A DNA stretch of 64,000 bases from a virus (Duplodnaviria; Caudoviricetes), in IMG/VR virus record IMGVR_UViG_3300015606_001334, positions 192,001 through 256,000 of that record; one strand, written 5' to 3'. This document shows positions 1 through 10,139 of this stretch, piece after piece (within the stretch, counting starts at the first letter, position 1; every line of letters starts with the position of its first letter). The position numbers and the translations under genes are program-made. The notes beneath the pieces are model-generated. The model ran no database searches, had not been told where the DNA came from, and saw only the letters and a program-made list of their open reading frames with translations.

Positions 1-222
1 TTGTAACTGTTTTTTCATTTGTAACCTATTGAACGCACGGCGCAGAGCATAAGTTCTAACAATTGAAACAATTGTAAAAAACACGGAAGCTTTCAGATTT
101 GCCTCAAGGGGAAGGTCGACTCCCAATAATGGGAAAATAAACGCTGACGAGGCTACTGAAACAACCCACCCAATAAAGATGTTAGACGCAGATTCAAGTA
201 TGCTGTGCTTCTTCGACTGCAT
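1..222 (-). CDS. small membrane protein, runs off the window edge (3' end missing)
   Basis: Manual translation MQSKKHSILESASNIFIGWVVSVASSAFIFPLLG...VRTYALRRAFN gives two hydrophobic segments. It is absent from the ORF track because no stop lies in the window. Confidence 0.6.
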   Translation of the reverse strand, partial: MQSKKHSILESASNIFIGWVVSVASSAFIFPLLGVDLPLEANLKASVFFTIVSIVRTYALRRAFNRLQMKKQLQ

Positions 223-448
223 CTTCTTCTTTTTCTTCTTCTGTTACGATTTCGACGTATTGTCCATTGAGCTGGAGAACACGGTTGGTCGCCTGTTGTT
301 GGAGCTTATTGGTCAAGTAGTGGTAGAAAATGGCGACCTCCTGGTCATTCTTGCACCTCTCAAGGGCATTATACATGACCATTTGGATTTTTGCTACATC
401 AGCGCGGTGATTGACACCAAGTTGTTCTTGAAGTTTTTGACTATCCAT
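194..448 (-). CDS. hypothetical protein
   Basis: 84-aa ORF in the co-directional run downstream of the ligase. Confidence 0.55.
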   Translation of the reverse strand: MDSQKLQEQLGVNHRADVAKIQMVMYNALERCKNDQEVAIFYHYLTNKLQQQATNRVLQLNGQYVEIVTEEEKEEDAVEEAQHT

Positions 449-449
449 C

Positions 450-794
450 TCAATCTTCCTTTTGATTTTCTACGGCTCGAGCATATTGTTCAGCAAGTTC
501 GGCCAACCGACGATATTGAGCAGTTGGCAGGCATTGAGGTGATGAAGAATGACGACGACCTTTGATCACATCTTGAAGGAACTTAATAGCTTCTTCGGCG
601 ATTTCAGCAGGTGGCGGAGTAAGTCGATCAATAGTATCAACAGTGCCAACAACATAGTTGACGCACCCAACACCAGACTTTGCTAGCTCTTCAGCCTTTT
701 CGAGGTCAGGACCAACTACTATCGTTTCTACCGCGTTCGTATTTTTGTCTACCCGTATTACAAAATACGGAGGAATATTGATCATGTTTTTCAT
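450..794 (-). CDS. hypothetical protein
   Basis: 114-aa ORF, ATGA overlap with the ligase stop. Confidence 0.6.
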   Translation of the reverse strand: MKNMINIPPYFVIRVDKNTNAVETIVVGPDLEKAEELAKSGVGCVNYVVGTVDTIDRLTPPPAEIAEEAIKFLQDVIKGRRHSSSPQCLPTAQYRRLAELAEQYARAVENQKED

Positions 795-2839
795 TTGATG
801 AGTTCTTTCAATTCGTCTGCAGTGATAACCTTGGTACCTTGCTTCTTTGCCTTTTCGAGCTTGTTGGAACCTTCAGCGATCGAATCGGGACCGGCAACCA
901 AGTACGTAAGACCCTTGCCCATTGAAGCGATCGTGCCACCAGCATCCACAATCATTTTTTCGACTATCGCCTTCTTGACCTTTTGACCATCCAACTCAGG
1001 AGAGCCAGTCAAGCAGAACGACATTCCAGTCAGAGGACCTTGAATTTGGACAGGCTTGACATCAACCGTCATGCCAATGCCTTCAGCGATCAGAGATTCG
1101 ACGATGTTTCGCATTTCATCGCGATTGAAACCTGCGATAATGTTGGTAGCAACTACATCACCAACCTTATCCAGTTCACAGAGCTGATCGTAATTGATGT
1201 GGGTGAACACTTCGAATAGAGTCGACCATTTCGAGGCGACTTGCTTGGAGGTCGTGTTGCCAAGGCCGCGAATCATGAGACCTGCTAGAACTCGCCATAG
1301 CGGTTGGTTACGAGATCCTTGGATGTTCTTGACAATCTTGGTTGCTGAGCTTTCACCAAGCCGTTCCAAGTTCATGAGTTGATCAACAGTCAGCTTGTAG
1401 AGGTCTTGAGGACCTTTCACCAAACCATCTTCAACGATTTTGAGAAGGGTGGTCTCGCCGATGTCATCGATTTCCATGGAACCGATGAAGCGAAGAATCC
1501 GATTGAACGATTTACCATCGCAATCATCGTTGAGACATTGGAAGATTTCACCCTTGAAACCGGTTTCGCCACCACAGCAAGGACATTTTGCAGGAGGTTG
1601 CGGGAATTCTTCAGTTTGGGAATCACAAGGCGGAACTTCAACGACCTTGGGAATCACTAGGCCAGCACGTTTGACGATTGCCAGCTTGGAACCCTTCTTC
1701 CAACCAATTCGCTTCAGCTCAGCGATGTTGTGAAGGGTAGAATGTCGGATGGAGACTCCGAGGATTTCCATCGAACGAGGATTTTCGTAGAAGTGTGCAC
1801 GAGGAGTGATAACGCCCGTCGAACCGAAGCACCATTCGATACCGTCTTCGTAGACAGAATCGTCAATCTTGAATTCGATTTCGACATCCTTGAACTTGAA
1901 TGCGAAGGCGTATTCAGGAGTGTTGGACTTGATGCCAAGCTTTTCGCGAACATCATACTCATTGACCATTGCGACGAGGCCGTCGACTTCGTAGCCGAGT
2001 TGGAATCGTTCACCATCACGAGCATTAAAATATGCGGTTAGATGTTCGACGGTAATGTCAGTCGGAAGTTTCGAATAACCGACAACATCGAAACCTTGTT
2101 CTTTCAGCCACAAAAGCTTTTGTTCATGAGTTTCGAACTCATGATCTTGACTGAGAACGTCGTAAGCGATCATGCTCAAATGTAAGTCGCGAATCTTTTC
2201 AGCGTCCTTGGTTTGAGAAACCCCTGCTGCGGCATTACGAGCATTTTGGTAGGGTTCGAGACCCTTGGCTTCACGTTCTTGGTTGATGCGATTGAAGTCT
2301 GCTTCACGAATGACCATCTCACCACGAACTTCATAACGATGATCGGTAATCGCAGGCTGGTAGATTCCTTTACGATGAAGAGTCTTTGGCAGATTTTCGA
2401 TTTGGTAGCCAGTAACGGTCAAATCCTTGCCATATTCGCCGGTGTGACGAGTCAGAACTTGAGAAAGAACGCCATCACGATAACGGTAAGCAGAAGAACT
2501 ACCATCAATCTTCCACATGAGGATGAAGTGCTTTGCACCAGCAGCCTTCCACTTTTGAACTTCCTTGAAGAACAGATTGATGTCGTTCGACTTCGCGAGG
2601 GACATCATGGGGAAATCATGCTTGATGTCACCAAAGGTATTTTCCAAACGGGAGAAGCTGGTTGCAGTAAACTCCGCCCAAAACTCCTTCTTCAGGGATT
2701 CATTGGCTTCAAGAGCTTCGCGAATCTCGTCCTTCAGCGAATCGTAGGTCGCATCAGAAATCAGACGACGGCCTGCGTAGTAGGCATCATCCCAAATGCG
2801 CTTCAAATCAAGTTTTTGGCGAATCGTATTTGCATCCAT
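791..2839 (-). CDS. ligA: NAD-dependent DNA ligase
   Basis: YY..ISDATYD Ia domain, KIDG adenylation motif, EVRGE, RNAAAG, DG..AFKF, Zn finger CPCC..C..C, HhH motifs, C-terminal BRCT. Confidence 0.97.
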   Translation of the reverse strand: MDANTIRQKLDLKRIWDDAYYAGRRLISDATYDSLKDEIREALEANESLKKEFWAEFTATSFSRLENTFGDIKHDFPMMSLAKSNDINLFFKEVQKWKAAGAKHFILMWKIDGSSSAYRYRDGVLSQVLTRHTGEYGKDLTVTGYQIENLPKTLHRKGIYQPAITDHRYEVRGEMVIREADFNRINQEREAKGLEPYQNARNAAAGVSQTKDAEKIRDLHLSMIAYDVLSQDHEFETHEQKLLWLKEQGFDVVGYSKLPTDITVEHLTAYFNARDGERFQLGYEVDGLVAMVNEYDVREKLGIKSNTPEYAFAFKFKDVEIEFKIDDSVYEDGIEWCFGSTGVITPRAHFYENPRSMEILGVSIRHSTLHNIAELKRIGWKKGSKLAIVKRAGLVIPKVVEVPPCDSQTEEFPQPPAKCPCCGGETGFKGEIFQCLNDDCDGKSFNRILRFIGSMEIDDIGETTLLKIVEDGLVKGPQDLYKLTVDQLMNLERLGESSATKIVKNIQGSRNQPLWRVLAGLMIRGLGNTTSKQVASKWSTLFEVFTHINYDQLCELDKVGDVVATNIIAGFNRDEMRNIVESLIAEGIGMTVDVKPVQIQGPLTGMSFCLTGSPELDGQKVKKAIVEKMIVDAGGTIASMGKGLTYLVAGPDSIAEGSNKLEKAKKQGTKVITADELKELIK

Positions 2840-2862
2840 GTTTAATCTCCGTCAATAAGAGA

Positions 2863-2892
2863 ATTATATCTCAATCTTACCTAATTGTAAAC
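2863..2892 (-). promoter_or_regulatory. early (sigma70-type) promoter GTTTACA-N17-TATAAT
   Basis: Exact motif with 17-bp spacer upstream of ligA; the motif recurs at 11 sites. Confidence 0.85.
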
Positions 2893-3284
2893 TTTTTCAT
2901 TGCTTCTTCAAATTCGCGTTTTTTGACACCAAACATCCAGTCTTGATGTCCTTCAAAATCGTACTTACCATCTTTGATGAACTTCGTAGCAGTTTCGTCA
3001 CCAACTGGCGGATGGTTGTGAACCCATTCAAGCCATTCTTCTTTGGTGAATCGTCCGCCTAAACGCCCAGAGCAATTTGCAGCTCCCATACAGGCGCAAC
3101 CAAATCCTTGTGGTTCGCACCAGCGATATTGCCATTCTGAAGGAATACGCGCCATTGCTTCATCGATCGTTTCCTTTTCAGGAAGAACTGCAGACGAAAG
3201 TGCCATCTGCTTGTAGTAATCTTCGCGATAGTTACGATAATCGCGATACGAGTCTAATTGGTCTGTCATAGTTCGATAATCCAT
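2877..3284 (-). CDS. hypothetical protein with Cys cluster
   Basis: 135-aa ORF containing WCEPQGFGCACMGAANC. Confidence 0.55.
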   Translation of the reverse strand: MDYRTMTDQLDSYRDYRNYREDYYKQMALSSAVLPEKETIDEAMARIPSEWQYRWCEPQGFGCACMGAANCSGRLGGRFTKEEWLEWVHNHPPVGDETATKFIKDGKYDFEGHQDWMFGVKKREFEEAMKKFTIR

Positions 3285-4075
3285 TTGTCGTTAAATTTTT
3301 CGTTCATTTTGTCACCAAAGTATCCACGTGGATTGCAAATGATACGAGTGTTGTAGATCGGATAGTCGTGAGTCGTGTGAATGTGTCCATGCTGCCAAAG
3401 CAGGAAGTTGGAATAAGCGATCTCATTTCCAAATTCTGTTGCATACAGATAGTTGATTGGCCCTTGGCCATACCGAGAAAAGTCGATCGACTTCCAGCAT
3501 GGCGCATGATGCGAAAGGACAACCATCTTCTCGTCATTTTGTGCAAAGCTGAAGATGAAATCGCGATGTCTGATGTGCTCAGCAAGCAGATCACGAGGCT
3601 TTACTCGACGTTCGTAGTTGTTCTTCCGCATGAAGAAGTAATCATTCATCTCGCGTTCGGCCATGTTCAAGACGAGTGAGTCACCTTTGTTGAAGTCTGT
3701 CCAAAGGGTCGCACCAATGAAGCGAACGTCATCGATTACGACAGAATTGCAATCAAGCAAATGAACGTTCGTGACGCCAGCCATAGCCAACGTCTTCTTG
3801 ATCTGCTCTGGGTGGGACTGAAGGTCCCGCTTCCAATAGTCATGGTTACCAAGGACACAGACAACTGCCTTAAACCTCTTTGACATTTCAATGAGGAACT
3901 TGGCCGTATACTTCTGAGTGTCCATATCCCCCGCAATCCCGAGAACCGTGTCCTTATCGGTATCGAGATGAGAAGGCGTGTAAATGTCCCAAAGCTCTGG
4001 TTTCTTCTTCATCCATCTTTGGAAGTACCACCGGTCAAATTCCCGGTGAATGTCGCTAATTGGTCTGTAAAGCAT
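3266..4075 (-). CDS. calcineurin-like metallophosphoesterase
   Basis: Metal-binding motifs SDIH, AGD, GNHD, SHH and HGHIH in canonical order. Confidence 0.92.
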   Translation of the reverse strand: MLYRPISDIHREFDRWYFQRWMKKKPELWDIYTPSHLDTDKDTVLGIAGDMDTQKYTAKFLIEMSKRFKAVVCVLGNHDYWKRDLQSHPEQIKKTLAMAGVTNVHLLDCNSVVIDDVRFIGATLWTDFNKGDSLVLNMAEREMNDYFFMRKNNYERRVKPRDLLAEHIRHRDFIFSFAQNDEKMVVLSHHAPCWKSIDFSRYGQGPINYLYATEFGNEIAYSNFLLWQHGHIHTTHDYPIYNTRIICNPRGYFGDKMNEKFNDKWIIEL

Positions 4076-4608
4076 TAAGCAGCTTTCTTCATAACGTTGG
4101 CGCCCTTACCGATGAAGCGAAGGTCGACGTTGCAGTGGATGCAGTGATATTGAGCTTTACCGCGCAGCATCTTATTGTGCTTCACTGTGGAAACCTTGTG
4201 CTCACGGCAGTCGCATACGTAAACCCAGTCACGTTCGATGACACGAGACTTTTTAACACCTTCTTTGTAGCTATGACAGCGGCTCGGTTCAAGACCAAAA
4301 ACCTTGATCATGATGTTCTGCCAATACTTACCGTGGCCATGACCATCGCGACCGTAAAGGGCATAAGACACCAGGTGAGCAACTTCATGCGGGACAGTCC
4401 GTGCCAAATAGACGTCTTTGTTCGGCGTGTAGATGCTAACATTCCAGCGGAGGATACCAATGTACTTCGCCTGGGCAGAGGTAGTTCCACGAAGATCGTA
4501 TTGATGAACAGGACGATCAAACTTACGGCCAAAGAAAGCTTCAGCCTTCTTGTAAGCCTTTTCAGTTGCTTCTTCAATTTCTTGGATGTAGCTGATTTGC
4601 GGTTTCAT
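4075..4608 (-). CDS. SprT-like zinc metalloprotease
   Basis: HEVAH zincin motif, HG..W, C-terminal C-x-C...C-x-x-C Zn ribbon; start chosen by the GAGGA SD. Confidence 0.9.
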   Translation of the reverse strand: MKPQISYIQEIEEATEKAYKKAEAFFGRKFDRPVHQYDLRGTTSAQAKYIGILRWNVSIYTPNKDVYLARTVPHEVAHLVSYALYGRDGHGHGKYWQNIMIKVFGLEPSRCHSYKEGVKKSRVIERDWVYVCDCREHKVSTVKHNKMLRGKAQYHCIHCNVDLRFIGKGANVMKKAA

Positions 4609-4634
4609 CTTTAAGTCCTCCATCGATTAAGTGC

Positions 4635-4664
4635 ATTATAACAAATTTCGGTTTCGGTGTAAAC
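4635..4664 (-). promoter_or_regulatory. early promoter GTTTACA-N17-TATAAT
   Basis: Exact motif with 17-bp spacer. Confidence 0.85.
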
Positions 4665-4717
4665 GTCTAAATTTCAATGGATAAATAGATCGATCAACCA
4701 TTTCCTGTTGGAGTAAC

Positions 4718-5167
4718 ATGACTAAAAAGAAAATACCACCGCTCATTATCGAGCACTTCGCGGACACTACGAATCTTTGCTTTGTGTCGCTTATTGAGTA
4801 CAAACGAGAACAATATCTCGGGATCATCGACAACATTACCGATACCGAACTGAATGCATTCATTCTAAGCCACGCGAAACCAGAAGTAATCTCAGCAAAC
4901 GATTTTGTACGTTTTGCTATTCGTTGGTTCTACAAGAGCTCTGGAAAATATCCGCTATCTTTCGAATTTGCTAGACTTGGCCTATCAAACAAGATTCAAC
5001 CTTTGTACAAAACCTTCGATTTAGGCTATGTTTCAAGAGTGGTTGGTAGACCATTCATCTTTGAAGACCTAAATGCTGGCACTAAGATCAAACGTCGTAG
5101 AGTAGTTCAAGTTCCTGAGTACGTAGAAATCAAATTCAAAAAACCAGCTTTGCAGCAAACCGCTTAA
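4718..5167 (+). CDS. hypothetical protein (late-promoter driven)
   Basis: 149-aa ORF with GGAG SD and ATAAATA at 4681-4687. Confidence 0.75.
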   Translation: MTKKKIPPLIIEHFADTTNLCFVSLIEYKREQYLGIIDNITDTELNAFILSHAKPEVISANDFVRFAIRWFYKSSGKYPLSFEFARLGLSNKIQPLYKTFDLGYVSRVVGRPFIFEDLNAGTKIKRRRVVQVPEYVEIKFKKPALQQTA

Positions 5168-5354
5168 ACTGACTTTTTATAATTTGGTAAGCACCGTAGC
5201 AAATTACTCCAACGAAACCAACAGCAATACCTCCTACAGTCACAGTACAAGCAAAAGATACTAGGAGAACGAAGATGCCGCAGAATAATGGGGTTGCGAT
5301 AACAAGATAAGCGATCGCAAGAAAGAGTCTAAAAACGAATTGAAAGAAGTTCAT
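5136..5354 (-). CDS. small membrane protein
   Basis: 72 aa, two hydrophobic helices, TAATG coupling to the upstream gene. Confidence 0.55.
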   Translation of the reverse strand: MNFFQFVFRLFLAIAYLVIATPLFCGIFVLLVSFACTVTVGGIAVGFVGVICYGAYQIIKSQFKRFAAKLVF

Positions 5355-5947
5355 TAGAATTCGAATCCCAAGCTAATTAGATGAAGTTGTAATTGAACCA
5401 CAAGCGCATAAGATATTGCGTGGGCCTTTTTGAATGAGTACTCGTCATTCTCACCCTTTGCGTAAAGGAGTCTTCTACAAGACTCCTTTTCTTTTTGGTA
5501 GAGTCCAATCAGTGACTTCTTACCTGGGCGAATAAGAGCCAATACATCAGCTAGCTCTTCAGTAGAACGAGGACGGATCTTTGACACAGTCTCAAAATGA
5601 TTCGCCAGTTGGAATAGCTTTGACACGATCCCTGGGGACAGGAGAAGATTCCAATCCGGGTCAGTGTCTAACAACTCCTTTATCTCTTCACGACTTGAGA
5701 AATGATCATAAATTGTCAAGTGAAGAAAGTCAAGCTTCACATAGCCAAGTTCTTCAGCAATGTTGTACGGAATTGCACAAAGTCCTGAAATCGGATCCCT
5801 TGCGATTTTCTGCGGATAGACTCCGCAAGGATGAGGCTTTACTGTTTGGTCATCACCATCATAGATGCATGCCTTAGGCCAATTAGGAAAACACGACTCA
5901 GGCTTGAATGACGTCGGTAAGTCGATGTCGATATCGGCCTGATTCAC
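5354..5947 (-). CDS. DNA polymerase III alpha (family C)-like catalytic palm/fingers fragment
   Basis: DIDID, HPCG, KLDFL, LALIRPG and FKKAHAISYAL correspond to DnaE motifs PDxDxD, HAxG, KxDxLGL, xALxRPG and FNKSHxxxY. Confidence 0.85.
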   Translation of the reverse strand: MNQADIDIDLPTSFKPESCFPNWPKACIYDGDDQTVKPHPCGVYPQKIARDPISGLCAIPYNIAEELGYVKLDFLHLTIYDHFSSREEIKELLDTDPDWNLLLSPGIVSKLFQLANHFETVSKIRPRSTEELADVLALIRPGKKSLIGLYQKEKESCRRLLYAKGENDEYSFKKAHAISYALVVQLQLHLISLGFEF

Positions 5948-6723
5948 AGATTCATTTCCTTGTTGATTGCCATAATCTCTTTGACGAGTTCTTTATTGTC
6001 TTGTAGCTTCGTAGTCCAGTATGCTGGGTTGATAATTGCCGACAACTCCATCGACTCTTCTTTGGATACTGCCTTCAGATATTCGCTGAAACGTCTAGAG
6101 CAGAATAGGAACCAAGGAGAAAGCTTACGAAGACGGATCAGTTCAGCAATTCGTCGAACTCCAAGATGAATGAAAATGTCACCTATGTTTGCAACTTCGT
6201 CGGCTTCGGTGATGTCAAGCAGAGTTTCAATACTCAATTTGACCTGCTCAAGAGGATCAAGTTTCTTGTCCATCCACTCGAGATACATGGTGTAACATTG
6301 GTCTCGACGCCACAGAGCCGGAGAAATGTCCTTGTTGCACATGATCTCGACAAACTTTGCGGGATCGGCAATGTTCAATTTCTTAACGTGACGAGCAAAC
6401 TCAATAAATGAAGTATAGTATCGAGAAGTGGCAAAAGTATCGGCAGAAGGAGCTTTACGCTTGTATGCCTTCATCCAATCGCAATAGAACATGTACGCAC
6501 CTTGACCGATCGGTGTTGCCAGTTCTTCAGTACGCTCTTTCTCTCGACAGCTGTGCTTCATGTAGTAAGTTTCATTCGCGAGAACCTTACCACAATATTG
6601 ACATTTCCACTCAGGATTGTAGCTATCTTCTGTCGAAACCTTTCGACGACGATGCGAGGCTGAGCTGACTAAGTCATCAGCATCCATCATCACTACCGGA
6701 TTTTCTTTTGCTTTTCTAGCCAT
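5944..6723 (-). CDS. zinc-finger-containing hypothetical protein
   Basis: WKCQYCGK...HSC motif; ATGA-coupled to the DnaE fragment. Confidence 0.7.
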   Translation of the reverse strand: MARKAKENPVVMMDADDLVSSASHRRRKVSTEDSYNPEWKCQYCGKVLANETYYMKHSCREKERTEELATPIGQGAYMFYCDWMKAYKRKAPSADTFATSRYYTSFIEFARHVKKLNIADPAKFVEIMCNKDISPALWRRDQCYTMYLEWMDKKLDPLEQVKLSIETLLDITEADEVANIGDIFIHLGVRRIAELIRLRKLSPWFLFCSRRFSEYLKAVSKEESMELSAIINPAYWTTKLQDNKELVKEIMAINKEMNL

Positions 6724-6744
6724 ATTTCACCATATGATATTATA

Positions 6745-7227
6745 TCATTTTCCCTGAGCTTTTTCAAATTCTTTTTTGAGCTTCTTGACTTCGTCATCCT
6801 GCATGCCGACTTCATGACATATTTTGACGAACTCTTCTGGGGTCAATCGTTCAAGATAATATCCAATATTTCGTTCAGATTCTTCGAAGTATTCCTTGAG
6901 AATAGCCTTGACCGCATCGGCTTTAGCACCTTTCTCTTTGTTTGAAGGTCGTTTTACCCATGAATACCGATTTTGTCTACCTCTAGAGGACAATGCCAAC
7001 ATAATGAAGGCGACATCTTCTTTACCCTTTAAGGTGGTAAACAGGTGTGGGTTAACAAACTCATTGAGATAAAGAACTTGACCGTCATTATCAGAGTTTT
7101 GCATCCACATAGTGAAGACATATGGAGATGCTTGCTTCTTTTCTTCGTCAGTTAGCTTATCCCAAAAATCAAAGTCAAGGGAGTTAAGCCTACGAAAGGC
7201 ACCAAATATGTCAAGTTTTTCGGCCAT
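6745..7227 (-). CDS. probable clamp loader small subunit (gp62-like)
   Basis: Position just downstream of the gp44-like gene; PY..WM...N..VN..H...R..W.K pattern. Confidence 0.55.
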   Translation of the reverse strand: MAEKLDIFGAFRRLNSLDFDFWDKLTDEEKKQASPYVFTMWMQNSDNDGQVLYLNEFVNPHLFTTLKGKEDVAFIMLALSSRGRQNRYSWVKRPSNKEKGAKADAVKAILKEYFEESERNIGYYLERLTPEEFVKICHEVGMQDDEVKKLKKEFEKAQGK

Positions 7228-7511
7228 TACGCGTCTTCCAAACCTACTGATAGTGACTCTTTGAATGAGAACATTTGACGCTCAAGAAGAGCACCATGAT
7301 TCGGCTTCAACAAAGCTGGTACTTGAGGATTACTGTCGATAGCTTTCAGCATTACGATAGCTTGGACATACTCATGTTGAAGTTTCTCGATTGCTGCATC
7401 CATCGACCCATTCTGTTTTCCAGATTGACGTGCATCAATAATTCCTTTAGATGCGCTCATCAAATTGAGAAGTTGGGTCTTGATCTTTTCGACATCTTCA
7501 GGCTTACTCAT
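7227..7511 (-). CDS. hypothetical protein
   Basis: 94-aa ORF within the operon. Confidence 0.55.
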   Translation of the reverse strand: MSKPEDVEKIKTQLLNLMSASKGIIDARQSGKQNGSMDAAIEKLQHEYVQAIVMLKAIDSNPQVPALLKPNHGALLERQMFSFKESLSVGLEDA

Positions 7512-7513
7512 TT

Positions 7514-8443
7514 TTACACTCTCCCTAGGCTGATCAGCAAAGCTTCCATGTTTAGTTCAGGCAAAGCAACGATGCTATGCTTGTACACATAATCGTTCAA
7601 AGTGATGATGGACTCTTCCAACTTTGCTGCGTCAGTCTTATACGCTAGCTTGAGACCATCATAGATGAGACGGAACAATTCTTCGTAATCTTCCTTGGCG
7701 ACAGAGGTTCTGACTAGCTTGCGAAGATCGCCGAACTTCTGTGCCTTCAACAGGTCAAGAACTGCGAACTTGTAGTCAGAAGAATCACCAGTGTTTGAGC
7801 TTGCTACGACTAGCTTACCAGTCGAGCTAAAATCTTCGAGATACTTGATGATGCTACGAATGTCTGGATAGTTTGCGTTGACGACCTTTTCTAGATCATC
7901 AGCATCAAAGTCGACATTTTCAGTGAATAGGATTTCGCCCATTCGCATGAGAACTTCATCGAGAGCTGGTGTCGCGAAACGGAAAGATACCGAACGGGAC
8001 TTAATCGCTGGCATGATCTTGTTGTCATAGTTACAAGTCAAGATAAAACGAGCGGTGTCAGAGAAGTTTTCCATGAGAACGCGGAGAGCTGCTTGAGCGT
8101 TCAAAGAAAGGTAATCAGCTTCTTCAAGGCGAACAACCTTGAAGTTACCAACGGGCATGGTGGAGACGAAATTCTTGATCTTGTCTCGCATGGCATCGAT
8201 ACCGGTTTCTTCAGAGGCATTGATAGTTAGGACGTCGATACGATCGATCTTCAAGTCCTTGATCAATGCTCGAGAAATTGTCGTTTTGCCGCTACCTTGA
8301 ACCCCTGATAGTAGAAGGTTTGGGAATTCCTTGCTCTTTCGATATCCCAAGAACTTTTCCTTCTGAGAATCGTTCTGGAAGATTACTTCGTCAAGACTAT
8401 TCGGGCGATATTTTTCAACCCACAAACGACTAATTGATGCCAT
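7514..8443 (-). CDS. clamp loader AAA+ subunit (gp44/RFC-small-like)
   Basis: LWVEKYRP, Walker A GVQGSGKTT, INASEE, EEADYL, AQAALR, SR sensor. Confidence 0.95.
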   Translation of the reverse strand: MASISRLWVEKYRPNSLDEVIFQNDSQKEKFLGYRKSKEFPNLLLSGVQGSGKTTISRALIKDLKIDRIDVLTINASEETGIDAMRDKIKNFVSTMPVGNFKVVRLEEADYLSLNAQAALRVLMENFSDTARFILTCNYDNKIMPAIKSRSVSFRFATPALDEVLMRMGEILFTENVDFDADDLEKVVNANYPDIRSIIKYLEDFSSTGKLVVASSNTGDSSDYKFAVLDLLKAQKFGDLRKLVRTSVAKEDYEELFRLIYDGLKLAYKTDAAKLEESIITLNDYVYKHSIVALPELNMEALLISLGRV

Positions 8444-8470
8444 GCTTAGACCCTTTTAAGGTAAATAAGA

Positions 8471-8500
8471 ATTATAAACTAAATTGTGAAGCTTGTAAAC
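8471..8500 (-). promoter_or_regulatory. early promoter GTTTACA-N17-TATAAT
   Basis: Exact motif with 17-bp spacer. Confidence 0.85.
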
Positions 8501-8504
8501 TGTC

Positions 8505-9767
8505 TTACTCAGCGGCCGAGTAAATGTTCAAGACTTTTTTTGATGGTTTCCATGCACCCTCGCTTTCTTGATCATTGAAGGTCACATCAGCTTCGTGATG
8601 ACTTACCTTTCCAAGATCAGAAGGTTGGACTTCTGGAACTTCTTCTTGAACTTCCTCAACTATTTCATTTTCAAGAATTTCTGCTAGCTGTTCGTCAGTA
8701 GTGACGGTTGGCTTTGGCTCTGATTCTTCTTTACGCTTTCTGCCTCGCTTCTTCTTACCTGATTCAGTTTGAACTGGAACGTCGCTTTCAACGACCAACT
8801 CAACTAGACCAGTTGGAGGAACAAATTCTTTCGCAGCTTCTTCTACGGCCTCAGCAGATTGCTCGAATGCTTGGTCTTCTTCTAAAGGCTGAATTCCGGT
8901 CAAATCTGGAATTAGCACTGGAAAATCAGCAGGAGTTTCAATCTTGCTTTCTACAGCTTCTGCCTTTGGTTCTTCACCTAAGATCTTCTCGATTTCTTCG
9001 TAATCTAGCGATTCTTCAGGAACGAATTCGTCTTCTTCCTCAAGCTCTTCAAGCTCTTCTTCGAAAGAAGGTTCGACAGGCTTTGGTTGATTTCTCAACT
9101 GATCGAGCAAGAAATTGCCAGCAATAATCAAAGCGACAGCTAGCGGGTCAAATACGAAAATGATGAGTAGAATGACATACTTAACTGCGGATTCAACAGT
9201 TGTATCGAATGCCTGAGCGATGTACAAGATTGGACCAGCGTGAGCATTGACGTCAACTTGTTCCAATTGTAGCTTTGGTAGCTCTTGATCAATCTCTACG
9301 ATACGAGAGTTGATATGCTCAAGTTCGCCTGCGAACTGCTTTTGAAGCTTTTGACGGCCACGAACGTTTTCTGGCGGCAACTGAGAAATCTGCTTATCGA
9401 TTTCCACTTTACGAGATTCCAAGCGAGTCTTCTCTTCAGTCATGGACTTAACCACGATTTCAGAACCCTTAGTAGGGATGATCGCTTTTTGGAATTCTGC
9501 AGACAAATAACCTGCTGCCCCAGAAGAGGTAATCACCATGAGAATAGCAGCTGCTACCGTCATGTAGTACTTCATGGACTTAGGGATGTTATTCCACTGC
9601 TTGTAGAGGAATGAAACGGTGATCACCTTAGCTATGTCCAGCGACAAAGCAAGGGCAATAATGACAGGGTTTGTAGAGAAAAGTGCGGACAGGCCCACAA
9701 TCGAAATGTATGAGCCTATCGATTCAATCAAAAAAGCAGATATAAAAACTAAAGATGCGAATAACAT
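8505..9767 (-). CDS. membrane protein with coiled coil and acidic disordered tail
   Basis: Three N-terminal TM segments, coiled coil, a fourth TM (IFVFDPLAV) and a Glu-rich C-terminus; TATAAATA at 9797-9804. Confidence 0.75.
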   Translation of the reverse strand: MLFASLVFISAFLIESIGSYISIVGLSALFSTNPVIIALALSLDIAKVITVSFLYKQWNNIPKSMKYYMTVAAAILMVITSSGAAGYLSAEFQKAIIPTKGSEIVVKSMTEEKTRLESRKVEIDKQISQLPPENVRGRQKLQKQFAGELEHINSRIVEIDQELPKLQLEQVDVNAHAGPILYIAQAFDTTVESAVKYVILLIIFVFDPLAVALIIAGNFLLDQLRNQPKPVEPSFEEELEELEEEDEFVPEESLDYEEIEKILGEEPKAEAVESKIETPADFPVLIPDLTGIQPLEEDQAFEQSAEAVEEAAKEFVPPTGLVELVVESDVPVQTESGKKKRGRKRKEESEPKPTVTTDEQLAEILENEIVEEVQEEVPEVQPSDLGKVSHHEADVTFNDQESEGAWKPSKKVLNIYSAAE

Positions 9768-9796
9768 TGTTATTGGCCTATGCGGTGATAATTAGT

Positions 9797-9804
9797 TATT
9801 TATA
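9797..9804 (-). promoter_or_regulatory. T4-type late promoter TATAAATA
   Basis: Exact T4 late consensus about 30 nt upstream of the 9767 start. Confidence 0.7.
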
Positions 9805-9824
9805 TCCAACTGACACGGATGGTG

Positions 9825-10139
9825 TCAGTATGATCGTACTTGAGTGTCGGAGATCGCCGAAACGTGAGGATAATTGGTTTTCCATAGCTTGGTTTTATCT
9901 TCAAGCGTGACACCCGGTGTCCATTTAAGACCATCAACCAAAACGAACTTGCCTGGTTGAATCTCCTCGCCAACTTCTGGGCCAACAGCTACGACAACTC
10001 CCCAACGAGCGTCGTCTTGCTTATCGATAGTTGCTACGTTAGCTTGGATGATGTCACTCAACTTCGGAGTAAACATACCACCTTTAAAATCGTCAACAAA
10101 CGTGAAAAGGATTGAATCGCCTAGAGCTTTCAATTTCAT
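9825..10139 (-). CDS. groES: GroES-like co-chaperonin
   Basis: MKLKALGD, G.VVAVGP, I.PG..V pattern; 104 aa. Confidence 0.8.
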   Translation of the reverse strand: MKLKALGDSILFTFVDDFKGGMFTPKLSDIIQANVATIDKQDDARWGVVVAVGPEVGEEIQPGKFVLVDGLKWTPGVTLEDKTKLWKTNYPHVSAISDTQVRSY